Below the pieces are notes generated by a model. That model searched no databases and had not been told where the DNA came from. It saw nothing but the letters and a program-made list of their open reading frames with translations. Shown here piece after piece: positions 35,086 to 44,406 of a stretch of DNA of 64,000 bases. The DNA is from Candidatus Binatia bacterium (GTDB lineage Bacteria; Desulfobacterota; Binatia; HRBIN30): positions 5,375 through 69,374 of the forward strand of contig JBEKBJ010000017.1 of NCBI GenBank assembly GCA_050015455.1, in the 5' to 3' direction. A program made the translations under genes and the position numbers. Every line of letters starts with the position of its first letter. Within the stretch, counting starts at the first letter, position 1.

Positions 35086-37401
35086 CTATCCCATGCGGCT
35101 CATGTTCGCGTCGTCGCCCGCGTCAGGCGTGGGTTTTCGTCCCAGTTTATGCGACACGAAGGTGTCCAGGGAGGCGATCGCCGACCGGATGTCGCCGTAG
35201 ACAGGCAGCCCCCCTTCCTCCAGAACGGAGACGAAGTCAGCGTAGTACCGGCCGGCGCTCACCGACACGACCATCGGCTTCTTGTGCTGTGCCTCGAGAT
35301 TCAAGAGCAGGTTCGCCAGACCGCCGGGGTCGCGGCAGGTCTCGGGGTCTGTCTTGAGGGAGACGGAGTGCGGGACGACGGCGACGAAGACGCAGTCGAC
35401 CCCGGGGTCGCAGATCACTGCCTCCACGAAGTCGGCGTACATCCGGTCGTCGGCCATAGGCGTGATGTCGAGGATCGGCGACGAGGTGTCGACGAGTCCG
35501 TATCGGTTGATGGCGTTGAGCCGCTCGACGGTTTCGGCGGAGAGCTGAGCCTGGGTGAGGCCCTTGAGCTCGTCGGCGCCCACCGTGCTCTCGAACCCGG
35601 CGTTCACCACCCCCGCAACCCGGTTCCCGGCCGGCGGCTTGAGCACGAGGAGGGAGAACGCCTTCACGAGGTCGTAGTACTCGTCGATGGTCTCGGCGAG
35701 TATGACCCCCGCCTGCCGGCAGGCGGCGCGGAACACCTCGTAGCTTCCCGACATCGACGCCGTGTGGGACGCCGCCGATCGAGCCCCCGCCTCGGTGCGG
35801 CCCGCCTTGTACGCCACGATGGGCGTCTCCATACCCCGGGCCATGTCGTAAAACCGCCGGCCCTCGCCGGCGTCGAAGCCCTCGATGTAGAGGCAGACGA
35901 CGCCGACCGTGGGGTCGCCCTCGAAGTATGCCAGCAGGTCCGCCACATTCACATCGCACTTGTTTCCAAAACTCACCACTGCGCGGAAGGGGCGGCAGCC
36001 GCGGAGCTTGTCGAGGGCGGTGACCGCTAGCGCGCCGCTCTGGGTGAGCAGCACGGCATTCGAGTGCTCGGAGGAACGGACCTCGAGCCGCTTCTCGTTG
36101 ATGAAGAGGGTGTTGACACCTTTCGAGACAGGTCCGCCGCTCGGGTGCCCGGCGACGCGGGATGCGGGTGCCCAGTAGACTCCCATGCAGTTGGGTCCGA
36201 GGACGCGGACCCCGGGCGGAGTTGCGACCCGCACCTGGCGAGCAAAATCCGTGTAGGGCAACGAGGCGGGAATGCCGGGGATGAGGATCACCGCCTTCAC
36301 CGAGGTTCCCGCGAGGCCGCGCAGGAACTCCGGTGCGCTCTGCGCGGGCGCGGCATACACCACCATCTCGACCGGTGCGGGCAGCTCCGCCAGGCTCCCG
36401 TAGAGGGGATAGGATGTGCCGCCGAATCGCACGCTGCCGCCTTTCGGGTTGACGAGGAAGAGATCGTCCCTCCCGAGGTCGTGGAGCAGCTCTGCAATCT
36501 CCCGTCCCAGGCTGACCTTGGACGAATCGGCCGAGCCCCCGACCACGGCGATTCCCCGGGGCCGGAAGAAGGCCTCGAGGTTCGCGCCATTCCCTCTCGG
36601 CGCCCAGACGTCCGCCTCGGACGCGGCCCGGAACTCGGCGAGCCCGTCGAGGGCCACGAAGCGGTTGTCTTTGGAGATCACGAAGGGGTTCACCTCGAAG
36701 GCGGTGAGGATGAACCGGGGCTCCGCGGCCATGGGCGAGTAGCGGAACGCGAGCGTGCTCATCCCAGCGACGGCCCGCGCCATGTACTCCAGGTATTCGA
36801 GATGGCCGATCTGTTCGAACTTGTGCCGGATGTGGAGCGAGTGCATGAAGGCCAGGGCGGCGGCATAGTCGATGGGCGGGAGGAAGAGGTTGGCCCGGTC
36901 ATAGTGCGCGGCGAAAAATTCCGCGTCGTCCCCGCCCTTGGTCACGGTGAGCACTGGCCCGAAGGCCGGATCCTCCCGGAACCCCACCAGGGCCTCGTAG
37001 CCGATGGCCTGGGTGTGCGGGACGTGCTCCACCAGGAGGAAGCCGGTGACATCGGGTGCCTCGGCGGCGGCGAAGCGGGAGAGGACCTCCTCCCGCATCC
37101 GCGTCAGGACGAATTGCACGAAGAGAGGATCCGAGGCGGCGACCGTCCTCACCCCGCCGACCTTCTGCTTGTGGGGAATTCCGGGGGAGACGATCTTGAC
37201 CACCACGGTATGCCCGAGACCGGCAAGCGCCTCCGCGGTGACCTCCGCCACGTCGCGCACGAACCGGTGGCGCGGGACCTTCAGACCGATGGTCTGGAGG
37301 ATCCCGTACACCTCGTGCTCGTACAGGATGCTCCTCCCTTGCCGCTCCGCGGCAGCGAGGATCCTGTCGATCCGCCCCACCATCTCGGAGGTGAGACCCA
37401 T
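35086..37401 (-). CDS. ADP-forming acyl-CoA synthetase (acetate--CoA ligase family), fused beta(ATP-grasp)-alpha(CoA-binding) polypeptide
   Basis: 771-aa ORF. N-terminal ATP-grasp part (VVVKIVSPGIPHKQKVGGVRTV), then a CoA-binding part (PRGIAVVGGSADSSKVSLG), GPNCMG, and a phosphohistidine-loop region (SAASHTASMSGS). Confidence 0.85.
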   Translation of the reverse strand: MGLTSEMVGRIDRILAAAERQGRSILYEHEVYGILQTIGLKVPRHRFVRDVAEVTAEALAGLGHTVVVKIVSPGIPHKQKVGGVRTVAASDPLFVQFVLTRMREEVLSRFAAAEAPDVTGFLLVEHVPHTQAIGYEALVGFREDPAFGPVLTVTKGGDDAEFFAAHYDRANLFLPPIDYAAALAFMHSLHIRHKFEQIGHLEYLEYMARAVAGMSTLAFRYSPMAAEPRFILTAFEVNPFVISKDNRFVALDGLAEFRAASEADVWAPRGNGANLEAFFRPRGIAVVGGSADSSKVSLGREIAELLHDLGRDDLFLVNPKGGSVRFGGTSYPLYGSLAELPAPVEMVVYAAPAQSAPEFLRGLAGTSVKAVILIPGIPASLPYTDFARQVRVATPPGVRVLGPNCMGVYWAPASRVAGHPSGGPVSKGVNTLFINEKRLEVRSSEHSNAVLLTQSGALAVTALDKLRGCRPFRAVVSFGNKCDVNVADLLAYFEGDPTVGVVCLYIEGFDAGEGRRFYDMARGMETPIVAYKAGRTEAGARSAASHTASMSGSYEVFRAACRQAGVILAETIDEYYDLVKAFSLLVLKPPAGNRVAGVVNAGFESTVGADELKGLTQAQLSAETVERLNAINRYGLVDTSSPILDITPMADDRMYADFVEAVICDPGVDCVFVAVVPHSVSLKTDPETCRDPGGLANLLLNLEAQHKKPMVVSVSAGRYYADFVSVLEEGGLPVYGDIRSAIASLDTFVSHKLGRKPTPDAGDDANMSRMG

Positions 37402-37624
37402 GGTGAGCCCTCCGGCGCGGCTCTAGCACATCGGGCGGCACCGCGCACCTGCCCGGGGGGCAACGAGCTGCGAACTACCTGAACCAGATGGTCCTAACCC
37501 CTTGGTTGACAAGCGCTTCCCGGAATGCGTTCCCGTATACAGGGGTGCGCTTATGACAATTACCCGATGACGCGCGGCGGCGGCACGGCCTCATCCATCG
37601 AGCACCTGTTCACATCCTGAACTC

Positions 37625-38608
37625 TCAGCGCCCGACGAACTGCATCATCGCTTCGGGGTAGCGCGGGCCGGCGGCGGCCCCGCGCGGACAGGCGGCATCG
37701 AGGCGGGCGAGGTCCTCGGCCGAGAGCCGTACGCTCAGCGCGCCGAGATTTTCCTCCAAGTACGATCGCCGCTTCGTGCCGGGGATCGGCACGATGTCGT
37801 CACCTTGCGCGAGCACCCATGCCAGCGCCAGTTGTGCCGCCGTGCAGCCCTTGGCTCTGGCGATCTCTTCCACCCGCGCCACCAGCGCCAGATTCTTCGC
37901 GAAGTTTTCCTCCTGAAAGCGCGGCGAATAGCGGCGGAAGTCGTCCGGAGCGAGATCCTCGAAGCATTTGATCCGGCCGCTGAGGAAGCCGCGGCCGAGC
38001 GGGCTGTACGGCATGAAGCCGATGCCGAGCTCGCGGCACGTCGGCAAGATGGCCTCCTCCGGGTCGCGGCTCCAGAGCGAGTATTCGGTTTGCAGCGATG
38101 TGATCGGATGCGTGGCGTGGGCGCGCCGCAGCGTCTCCGGCCCCGCCTCCGACAGGCCGATGAAGCGCGTCTTGCCGGCGCGCACCAGCTCCCCCATCGC
38201 ACCCACGCTCTCTTCGATCGGCACCTGGGGGTCGACGCGGTGCAGTTGGTAGAGGTCGACATGGTCAACGCCCAGGCGGCGAAGGCTCCCGTCACAGGCC
38301 GTGCGAATATACTCGGGGCGGCCGTTGATCCCGCGTAACGCGCGGTCGTTAGGATCGCGCACGATGCCGCATTTCGTTGCCAGGACGACTTGGTTGCGCC
38401 GCCCGCGGATGGCGCGCCCGACCAGCTCCTCGTTGGTGTACGGGCCATACATGTCCGCGGTGTCGAGCAGGGTGACGCCGAGGTCGAGAGCGCGGTGAAT
38501 CGTGGCGATGGCTTCGGCCTCGTCGGCCGGTCCGTAGAACTCACTCATTCCCATGCAGCCGAGCCCCATGGCCGACACCGGCAGTTTCCCGAGCGCGCGA
38601 GTTTGCAT
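37625..38608 (-). CDS. aldo/keto reductase
   Basis: 327-aa ORF with [20 protein letters not shown] and the overall AKR11/13-like pattern. Confidence 0.9.
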   Translation of the reverse strand: MQTRALGKLPVSAMGLGCMGMSEFYGPADEAEAIATIHRALDLGVTLLDTADMYGPYTNEELVGRAIRGRRNQVVLATKCGIVRDPNDRALRGINGRPEYIRTACDGSLRRLGVDHVDLYQLHRVDPQVPIEESVGAMGELVRAGKTRFIGLSEAGPETLRRAHATHPITSLQTEYSLWSRDPEEAILPTCRELGIGFMPYSPLGRGFLSGRIKCFEDLAPDDFRRYSPRFQEENFAKNLALVARVEEIARAKGCTAAQLALAWVLAQGDDIVPIPGTKRRSYLEENLGALSVRLSAEDLARLDAACPRGAAAGPRYPEAMMQFVGR

Positions 38609-38692
38609 GCGGTCTCCTCCTATATGCGGTTTATTCTGTCACACGGCGGACCGGAGCGGAATACGACCGTGCCGTGCCGGCAGGATAGGCCA

Positions 38693-39232
38693 TCACAGCT
38701 CCAACTGCGTGCCGCCATCGTAGATCAACCGGCCCCCGAGTACGCGTGCGAAGTCGGGCAGGCAATGCTCCGCCGTGCGCGTCGGTGTCTCGATGTGTAA
38801 GACCTTGTGCCCGAGGACCGCAAGCCGGTCCGAGATCAGGCGCCGGTGGCAACGCCAATACAGCGCCTCGGCGCACATGAAGGCGGTGCGATCACTGCGC
38901 GCCAGCGCGAGGAGCTGCTCAAGCCCCTTCGAAAACTCCTCGCTATCCATGTAGTCGGCGTAATTGCGGAAGCCGGCGACGGTCCACGCCGTGTGCGGCG
39001 AGTCGGGCCGTGGGGAACCATGGCGCCGCCCACCGAGCAGGGGAATCCATTCGTAGCGGACGTCGTGGTACGCGAGGGAGGCAGCCAAGGGCTCGCGATT
39101 GAAGTGCGGCCAGCGTCGTGATGACGGGAAGGCGCGCACGTCGGCTATGCAGCGGATCTCGTGCGCCGCGACCAGCTGCAGAAATTCATCGAGCGGCCGG
39201 TTGGAGTGACCGATGGTGTACAGAGTGAGCAT
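38693..39232 (-). CDS. DUF488 family protein
   Basis: ORF 38693-39247 starts with TTG; the ATG at 39232 gives MLTLYTIGHSNRPLDEFLQLV...VRAFPSSRRWPHFN. Confidence 0.8.
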   Translation of the reverse strand: MLTLYTIGHSNRPLDEFLQLVAAHEIRCIADVRAFPSSRRWPHFNREPLAASLAYHDVRYEWIPLLGGRRHGSPRPDSPHTAWTVAGFRNYADYMDSEEFSKGLEQLLALARSDRTAFMCAEALYWRCHRRLISDRLAVLGHKVLHIETPTRTAEHCLPDFARVLGGRLIYDGGTQLEL

Positions 39233-39299
39233 GACGGAAAACGCCAAACCGGAAATGAAGACGGGGAATCAAGCCAGCCAAGGGTCCGCCCCGACCCAG

Positions 39300-39375
39300 A
39301 GCCTGTCGCATAGGAAGCGATGAGCCGCGCCGCCTCCATAATATAGCGCAGCCGGCCGAGTTGGTCAGCTTCCAT
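39300..39375 (-). pseudogene. HEPN/DUF86 toxin N-terminal remnant
   Basis: An ATG at 39375 overlaps the MNT gene end by 11 nt. MEADQLGRLRYIMEAARLIASYATG resembles the DUF86 N-terminus. The rest of the frame (to 39145) lacks any R-x(4-6)-H motif and runs into the DUF488 gene. Confidence 0.5.
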
Positions 39376-39691
39376 AAACGCAGACGGCCGTGCCCAGGAT
39401 GTGCTCACGGGTGTAGCGGTTCCGGGAGTGTTCCAAGGGCCGACGGAGGACAAAATCCACGGGCGCACCCACCAGTTCCTCCACCTCGCCCGCCATTTCG
39501 AGCAGCTCGGCAGTGGAGACAGGTACGGACTCATCGAGCGTCACTAGCAGGTCCACATCACTATCTGAGGATGCCTGGCCACGCGCGACAGAGCCGAAGA
39601 CCTCTAAGCGGCGGATACGGTACTTTTCGCAAAACCCGCGCAGCCACCTCCCCAGATCCTCAGTAGTAAGTGGCTGCCGATTTCCTGCCAT
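39365..39691 (-). CDS. MNT-type nucleotidyltransferase (type VII TA antitoxin-like)
   Basis: 108-aa ORF with LEVFGSVARGQASSDSDVDLLV (GS...D.D minimal NTase motif). Confidence 0.85.
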   Translation of the reverse strand: MAGNRQPLTTEDLGRWLRGFCEKYRIRRLEVFGSVARGQASSDSDVDLLVTLDESVPVSTAELLEMAGEVEELVGAPVDFVLRRPLEHSRNRYTREHILGTAVCVYGS

Positions 39692-39780
39692 GGCAGGAGC
39701 GTACCTGCGCTACCCGCCCGATTCAAGCAATCGGCCAACAGGGCGCGCTCTGCCCCTCCGGCGCTTTTCTTTCCGCGCGC

Positions 39781-39813
39781 CCTGAGCCTGTCGAAGGGCA
39801 AATTCCGATTTGC
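39781..39813. repeat. dispersed short motif copy B (cctgagcctgtcgaaggg) plus 6-bp/4-nt hairpin
   Basis: The box is at 39781-39798. The hairpin is gcaaat-tccg-atttgc (39798-39813). Confidence 0.5.
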
Positions 39814-40271
39814 TCACCAGCTGTGAGCGCCTTCTCGTAGACGCGAACATTCTGCTCGAAGCAACGGACGAGAAACGGCCGTACCATCACGCCGCCAAGG
39901 AGTTGATCGAATCGCACCCGTCCTTGGTGATGTCGGCCCAGGTTGTCCGTGAGTATCTGGTCGTCGCGACGCAGCCTACCGAGGTCAACGGACTGAGCAT
40001 GTCTTTATCGGGCGCGCTCGCCAACTTGCGCGAGTTCCGTCGAGCCATCCCTCTGCTCCCGGAGAGCAAACCGCTGTTGCCGAGCCTTCTGCGTCTGTTG
40101 GCTGCAGTTCCGTGTACCGGCACCCGCATCCACGACGCCCATATCGTCGCCAGTGCCATGGTTCACAGGGTGAAGACCATCGTCTCGCTGGACACCGACG
40201 ACTTCGCTCCGTTTCTTTCGCGCATCGCGGCGATCACGCTACAAGAAGCGAGCGCACGGCCCAGGAGGTGA
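39810..40271 (+). CDS. PIN-domain protein (VapC-like), no adjacent antitoxin ORF
   Basis: 153-aa ORF with a TTG start; LLVDANILLEA, and a later DAHIVASA acidic region. The upstream 120 nt contain only the dispersed motif. Confidence 0.65.
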   Translation: MLTSCERLLVDANILLEATDEKRPYHHAAKELIESHPSLVMSAQVVREYLVVATQPTEVNGLSMSLSGALANLREFRRAIPLLPESKPLLPSLLRLLAAVPCTGTRIHDAHIVASAMVHRVKTIVSLDTDDFAPFLSRIAAITLQEASARPRR

Positions 40272-40587
40272 GTGTCGATCGCTGGGGCGCTTGGTTGTCA
40301 AGGGCCGGCCAAACTGGCCGCGATTTCGTGGGGGGTGCGTGGGTGAAAAGTCGGTCAGTACGTACCTTGCATTTTGGTGCCTGCGCGGCGTGAAAAGTCG
40401 CGGTGTACGGTGACCGAAGAATCGGGTGGGGTAGGCTCCGGCAATCGATCTGGATAGCAACTCACGTGGGCAGTGTCGACCATCGCTAAGCAACCGGTAC
40501 TGTGGCCCATCGCCCACTACCAAGCAACCGGTCCCTTTGAGATCCGAAACCCCGGACTCCCGAGGCACACCGTGGCTCGTGCGGATA

Positions 40588-41037
40588 TCAACTCTTCGCC
40601 CGCTCGCGCAGCCAAATCAGGTCGGCTTGGTCTCTTCCACGTCCGGTTGCGGCTTTGTTGCGGATCAGGTCTGCAAGGCCGATCACCGGAAGGCTCTGCT
40701 CGTCGATCGTAACCGTCAGGCGGTTGGGCCAAGCCTCCTCGAAACTCACACCGGTGATCCCGGTGAGGATATCGATGCGACTGGGCGCAATGCCGATCTG
40801 GAAGACGGTATCCAAGCGCAGCAGGTCTTCGATCGTCAGATCAAACAGCGGCGCGCCGAAACTCTGGAGCGCGCGCATCACGTGCTCGGCGTTCGCGCGC
40901 GTCGGGCGGACCCAAATGTCGATGTCGCCCGTGGCGCGGGGGAGACCGTGCGCCGCCATGGCGTAAGCGCCCACGACGAGAAACTCAACGCCCTCCGCGC
41001 ACAACGCGGCCAACATCTCGAAGAAGTCGCGGTTCAT
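40588..41037 (-). CDS. minimal nucleotidyltransferase-fold protein (AbiEii/DUF6036-like)
   Basis: 149-aa ORF with FLVVGAYAMAAHGLPRATGDIDIWV (G..A...H G...T.D.D pattern). Confidence 0.65.
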   Translation of the reverse strand: MNRDFFEMLAALCAEGVEFLVVGAYAMAAHGLPRATGDIDIWVRPTRANAEHVMRALQSFGAPLFDLTIEDLLRLDTVFQIGIAPSRIDILTGITGVSFEEAWPNRLTVTIDEQSLPVIGLADLIRNKAATGRGRDQADLIWLRERAKS

Positions 41038-41245
41038 CCGTTGTCCCCGTCTGAAACGCCCATGCTTGGAGTGTTATCGGCCACACCAACGCCATGCGCT
41101 CCGCGGGCGTCAGACGCGCCACGTAGTCGTCCTCTGGTTCGTCGCCTAGACGGCACAAACGAGTCGGGAGCTGGGCGCGAGTCACGCCCTGAGTATACCC
41201 GCAAATGGTTGGATCCGCGAACCAACGCCATGGTTCACGCGCCAC
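40985..41245 (-). CDS. small hypothetical protein upstream of, and overlapping, the NTase-fold gene
   Basis: 86-aa ORF, LTPAERMALVWPITLQAWAF...RLLRDVGRVVRGGR. It overlaps the downstream gene by 53 nt in a different frame. Confidence 0.4.
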   Translation of the reverse strand: MAREPWRWFADPTICGYTQGVTRAQLPTRLCRLGDEPEDDYVARLTPAERMALVWPITLQAWAFQTGTTDEPRLLRDVGRVVRGGR

Positions 41246-41286
41246 TGTCGTGTCTGTCGCTACCCGAACTCCTGCAGCGAGCGCGC

Positions 41287-42243
41287 TCAGCGCGCAATGT
41301 TCCGAGCTTTGATGAACGTTCCGCGTTCGAGTTCCTCGAAGGCTACCCTCAACTCCTCCTGCGTGTTCATCACGATGGGTCCGTACCAGGCTATGGGCTC
41401 ACCGATCGGCTTCCCGGAGATCAGCAGGAAGCGGACGGGCTCCGCTTCGGCGGCGATGGACACGGTGTCGCCGTCACCGAAGAGCACCAAGTGGCCGTCG
41501 CCGATCAGCCGGTCGCGCTCCATATCAAAGTAGCTGTCGCCCTCGGCCTCGTAGCTGAAGGGATCTTTCTGCATGCAGAAAACGCCCTTGCCGCCGATCA
41601 CGTACGCGAACACCGTGTGCCCACGTGGCGTACGGTGGGTGAACGTCCCGCCGGGCGGAAGGCTCACGTCAAGGTACTCGGGGCTGGTGACGATGTCGCG
41701 TACCGGCCCGCTCACCCCGCCCGCCGAGCCGGCGACGATTTTGATCGTGGCGCCGCCTGAGTCCCTCACTTCCGGGATATCACCGCTCGCGACACCGCGG
41801 TAGCGCGGTTCCATCATCTTGTTCGCCGCTGGCAAGTTCGCCCAGAGTTGGAAGCCGTGCATGGCGCCGGTCGCGTCGCCTTTGGGCATCTCCTGGTGGA
41901 TGATGCCGCTGCCGGCGGTCATCCACTGCACATTACCCGGGGAGATCACGCCGCGGTTGCCCAGGCTGTCACCGTGCTCGACCTCACCGCGCAGCACGTA
42001 CGTGATCGTTTCCATCCCACGATGCGGATGCCAAGGGAACCCTTTCAGGTAGTGAGCGGGCTCATCGGAACGGAAGTCGTCGAGCAGCAGGAAGGGATCA
42101 TACAGCTCTGGGCGGCCGAAACCGATCGCGCGGTGTAGGTGGACGCCGGCACCTTCGATGGCCGCGCGGCTCTTGACGACCTTACGGATGTGCCTGCTCT
42201 GGTTCACCGGCTGCTCTTCACCGTGATACTCCCCCAAGCTCAC
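41287..42243 (-). CDS. pirin-family protein
   Basis: 318-aa ORF with FPWHPHRGMETITYVLRGEVEHGDSLGN (cupin metal site). Confidence 0.9.
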   Translation of the reverse strand: MSLGEYHGEEQPVNQSRHIRKVVKSRAAIEGAGVHLHRAIGFGRPELYDPFLLLDDFRSDEPAHYLKGFPWHPHRGMETITYVLRGEVEHGDSLGNRGVISPGNVQWMTAGSGIIHQEMPKGDATGAMHGFQLWANLPAANKMMEPRYRGVASGDIPEVRDSGGATIKIVAGSAGGVSGPVRDIVTSPEYLDVSLPPGGTFTHRTPRGHTVFAYVIGGKGVFCMQKDPFSYEAEGDSYFDMERDRLIGDGHLVLFGDGDTVSIAAEAEPVRFLLISGKPIGEPIAWYGPIVMNTQEELRVAFEELERGTFIKARNIAR

Positions 42244-42445
42244 GCGTCAACTCTATGCTAATCTCAGCGACCATCAGCGCAAGACCCCCTGGTCCCGGAT
42301 CGCAAGAAGGACGAAATGGGGGCTTCGAGTTGCTCATGCCGACACCCCCGAACGAAAGGTGCGGTGGCGAGCTTCGTGTTCGAGGGACTGTACCGTTGGG
42401 TACGGTGCGCGTAGAACTCTTGGAAACGCGCGCTCGTGAAACGCG

Positions 42446-43792
42446 CTACAGTTTCCGCTTGTCGACGACGCGCACCGCCTTGCCCTCACTACGCTCGATC
42501 TGCCGTGGGCCGACGAGCTTGACGTTGCAGTTGATGCCAAGTGCGCTGCGTACCTCGTGGCTCAGCAGTCTCTCGTGCTGAACGAGGCGATCGCGGTTGC
42601 CGCAAATCTCAGCCGGCGCCTCCACGATCACCTCCAGCTCGTCCATGTGCTCGGCGGCGCGATCCACGATGATCTGATAGTGCGGCGTCACCTCGCCGGC
42701 GCGCAACAAAACGGCTTCGACCTGGGACGGGAACACATTGACACCGCGCACGATGATCATGTCGTCGGTGCGCCCGACCAGCCGGTCTATGCGGACGGTG
42801 GTACGGCCGCAGGCGCATGGCTCCCGCATCAGCTGCGTCCGATCCCGGGTCCGGTAGCGGATCAACGGCAAGGCTTCTTTGGTCACGCACGTCAGCACGA
42901 GCTCGCCGACCTCGCCGTCGGGCAACGGCTCCGTTGTCTGCGGATCGATGATCTCGGGAATGAAGTGATCCTCGAAAACGTGCATGCCCTGCTGCTCGCG
43001 GCATTCAAAGGCCACCCCCGGGCCGATCACTTCGGTCAAGCCATACATATTGAGCGCCACGATGCCAAGCCGCGACTCGATTTCCTGCCGCATGCGCTCG
43101 GACCAGGGCTCGGCGCCGAACATGCCGATCTTCAGCGGCAGCGACGCCGGGTTGATGCCCTCCTCTTCCGCGACCTCCGCGATCAGAAGCGCGTAGGACG
43201 GCGTGCAACACAGCACCGTGCTGCCGCAGTCGCGCATGAAGGTTAGCTGCCGCTTGGTGTTGCCGCCCGACACGGGGATCACCGTGGCGCCGATCAGTTC
43301 GGCGCCGTAGTGAAAACCGAGTCCACCCGTGAACAGGCCGTACCCATAGGCGTTGTGAACGACGTCGTGCTCGGTCACGCCGGCCGCGGCGTAAGCGCGC
43401 GCGATCAGATCGGCCCACAGTGCAATGTCGTTCTGCGTGTACGCCACCACCGTCGGCTTGCCCGTCGTCCCGCTGGATGCGTGTATGCGGATCACCTCTT
43501 TCATCGGCACCGCAAGCAGACCGAACGGATAGTTGTCGTGCAGGTCACCCTTGGTCGTGAACGGCAACCGGACGAGATCGTCGAGCGACCGGATCCGTTC
43601 GGGGCCTCCGCCGCACAGTTTCTCGCGATAGAACGGAACCATCTTTGACAACCGCTCGATGCCGGCTCGCAGGCGCTGCAGTTGCAACCGTTCCAAATCT
43701 CGTCGCGGAAGGCTCTCCACCTCGTCGCGAATAGTTGACCTGATTGCCGGTATAGGCGTACGGCCCGGGCCGGCAGCGCTCGTCTCGTGCAT
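42446..43792 (-). CDS. paaK: phenylacetate--CoA ligase
   Basis: 448-aa ORF with the AMP-binding motif [14 protein letters not shown] and the PaaK-like length and C-terminal domain. The start overlaps the iorB stop. Confidence 0.88.
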   Translation of the reverse strand: MHETSAAGPGRTPIPAIRSTIRDEVESLPRRDLERLQLQRLRAGIERLSKMVPFYREKLCGGGPERIRSLDDLVRLPFTTKGDLHDNYPFGLLAVPMKEVIRIHASSGTTGKPTVVAYTQNDIALWADLIARAYAAAGVTEHDVVHNAYGYGLFTGGLGFHYGAELIGATVIPVSGGNTKRQLTFMRDCGSTVLCCTPSYALLIAEVAEEEGINPASLPLKIGMFGAEPWSERMRQEIESRLGIVALNMYGLTEVIGPGVAFECREQQGMHVFEDHFIPEIIDPQTTEPLPDGEVGELVLTCVTKEALPLIRYRTRDRTQLMREPCACGRTTVRIDRLVGRTDDMIIVRGVNVFPSQVEAVLLRAGEVTPHYQIIVDRAAEHMDELEVIVEAPAEICGNRDRLVQHERLLSHEVRSALGINCNVKLVGPRQIERSEGKAVRVVDKRKL

Positions 43793-44400
43793 CAGACCGC
43801 TCCGCTCACGGCGCGCGGTGTAATCTGCTGGATCCGAAGAGCCCCAAGCTGCAGCGCGCGCAGGTTCATATCGACCAGGTCTTTTCTCCTTTTGACAAAC
43901 ATCTCCGAGACGGCGGCCAGCAGCGACTCCGGCCTGAGGCCCACAAACTCCGACGCGGCCCCGATCAGGACGACGTTTTGCGCCCGCGCGGTTCCCGCTT
44001 CCTTCGCCACCGCAGCTGCATCGATCAGGTACACCTTGCGACCGCAGTTGTTCAGCAGCTTCATCAACTCCTCAGGCGGCGGGTAGTTTGGAATGTTCTC
44101 GACGGTGGCGCTGTTCGTCACGATCAAGCCGCCGGGCGACAGGTAATCGATGTTACGCAGCGCCTCGAGCGGTTCAGTTGCGAGAATAAGATCGGCGCGG
44201 CCCTTCGGAACGAGGTTGCTGAACAACGGCCCATTCGAGAGGCGCACATGGGCTTCGACTGCCCCGCCGCGCTGGCTCATTCCGTGCAGTTCCGCCTGGC
44301 GTACGTTGAGCCCCTCGCGCATGGCGGCATTCACGATCAGCACCGCCAGCGTGAGGATGCCTTGTCCGCCGACGCCGGCCAGAACGATATCTCGCCTCAC
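43792..44400 (-). CDS. iorB: indolepyruvate:ferredoxin oxidoreductase beta subunit
   Basis: 202-aa ORF with [17 protein letters not shown] and [11 protein letters not shown]. Confidence 0.88.
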   Translation of the reverse strand: MRRDIVLAGVGGQGILTLAVLIVNAAMREGLNVRQAELHGMSQRGGAVEAHVRLSNGPLFSNLVPKGRADLILATEPLEALRNIDYLSPGGLIVTNSATVENIPNYPPPEELMKLLNNCGRKVYLIDAAAVAKEAGTARAQNVVLIGAASEFVGLRPESLLAAVSEMFVKRRKDLVDMNLRALQLGALRIQQITPRAVSGAV

Positions 44401-44406
44401 CGCCGC

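Noticed and set aside
37401-37624. TTGACA ... TATACA and the palindrome TTCCCGGAA in the spacer upstream of the fused acyl-CoA synthetase, considered as promoter or operator
   Set aside because: - The hexamers are on the plus strand, the wrong orientation for the minus-strand gene.
- They are 24 nt apart, too far for a sigma-70 promoter.
- The palindrome is only 9 nt.
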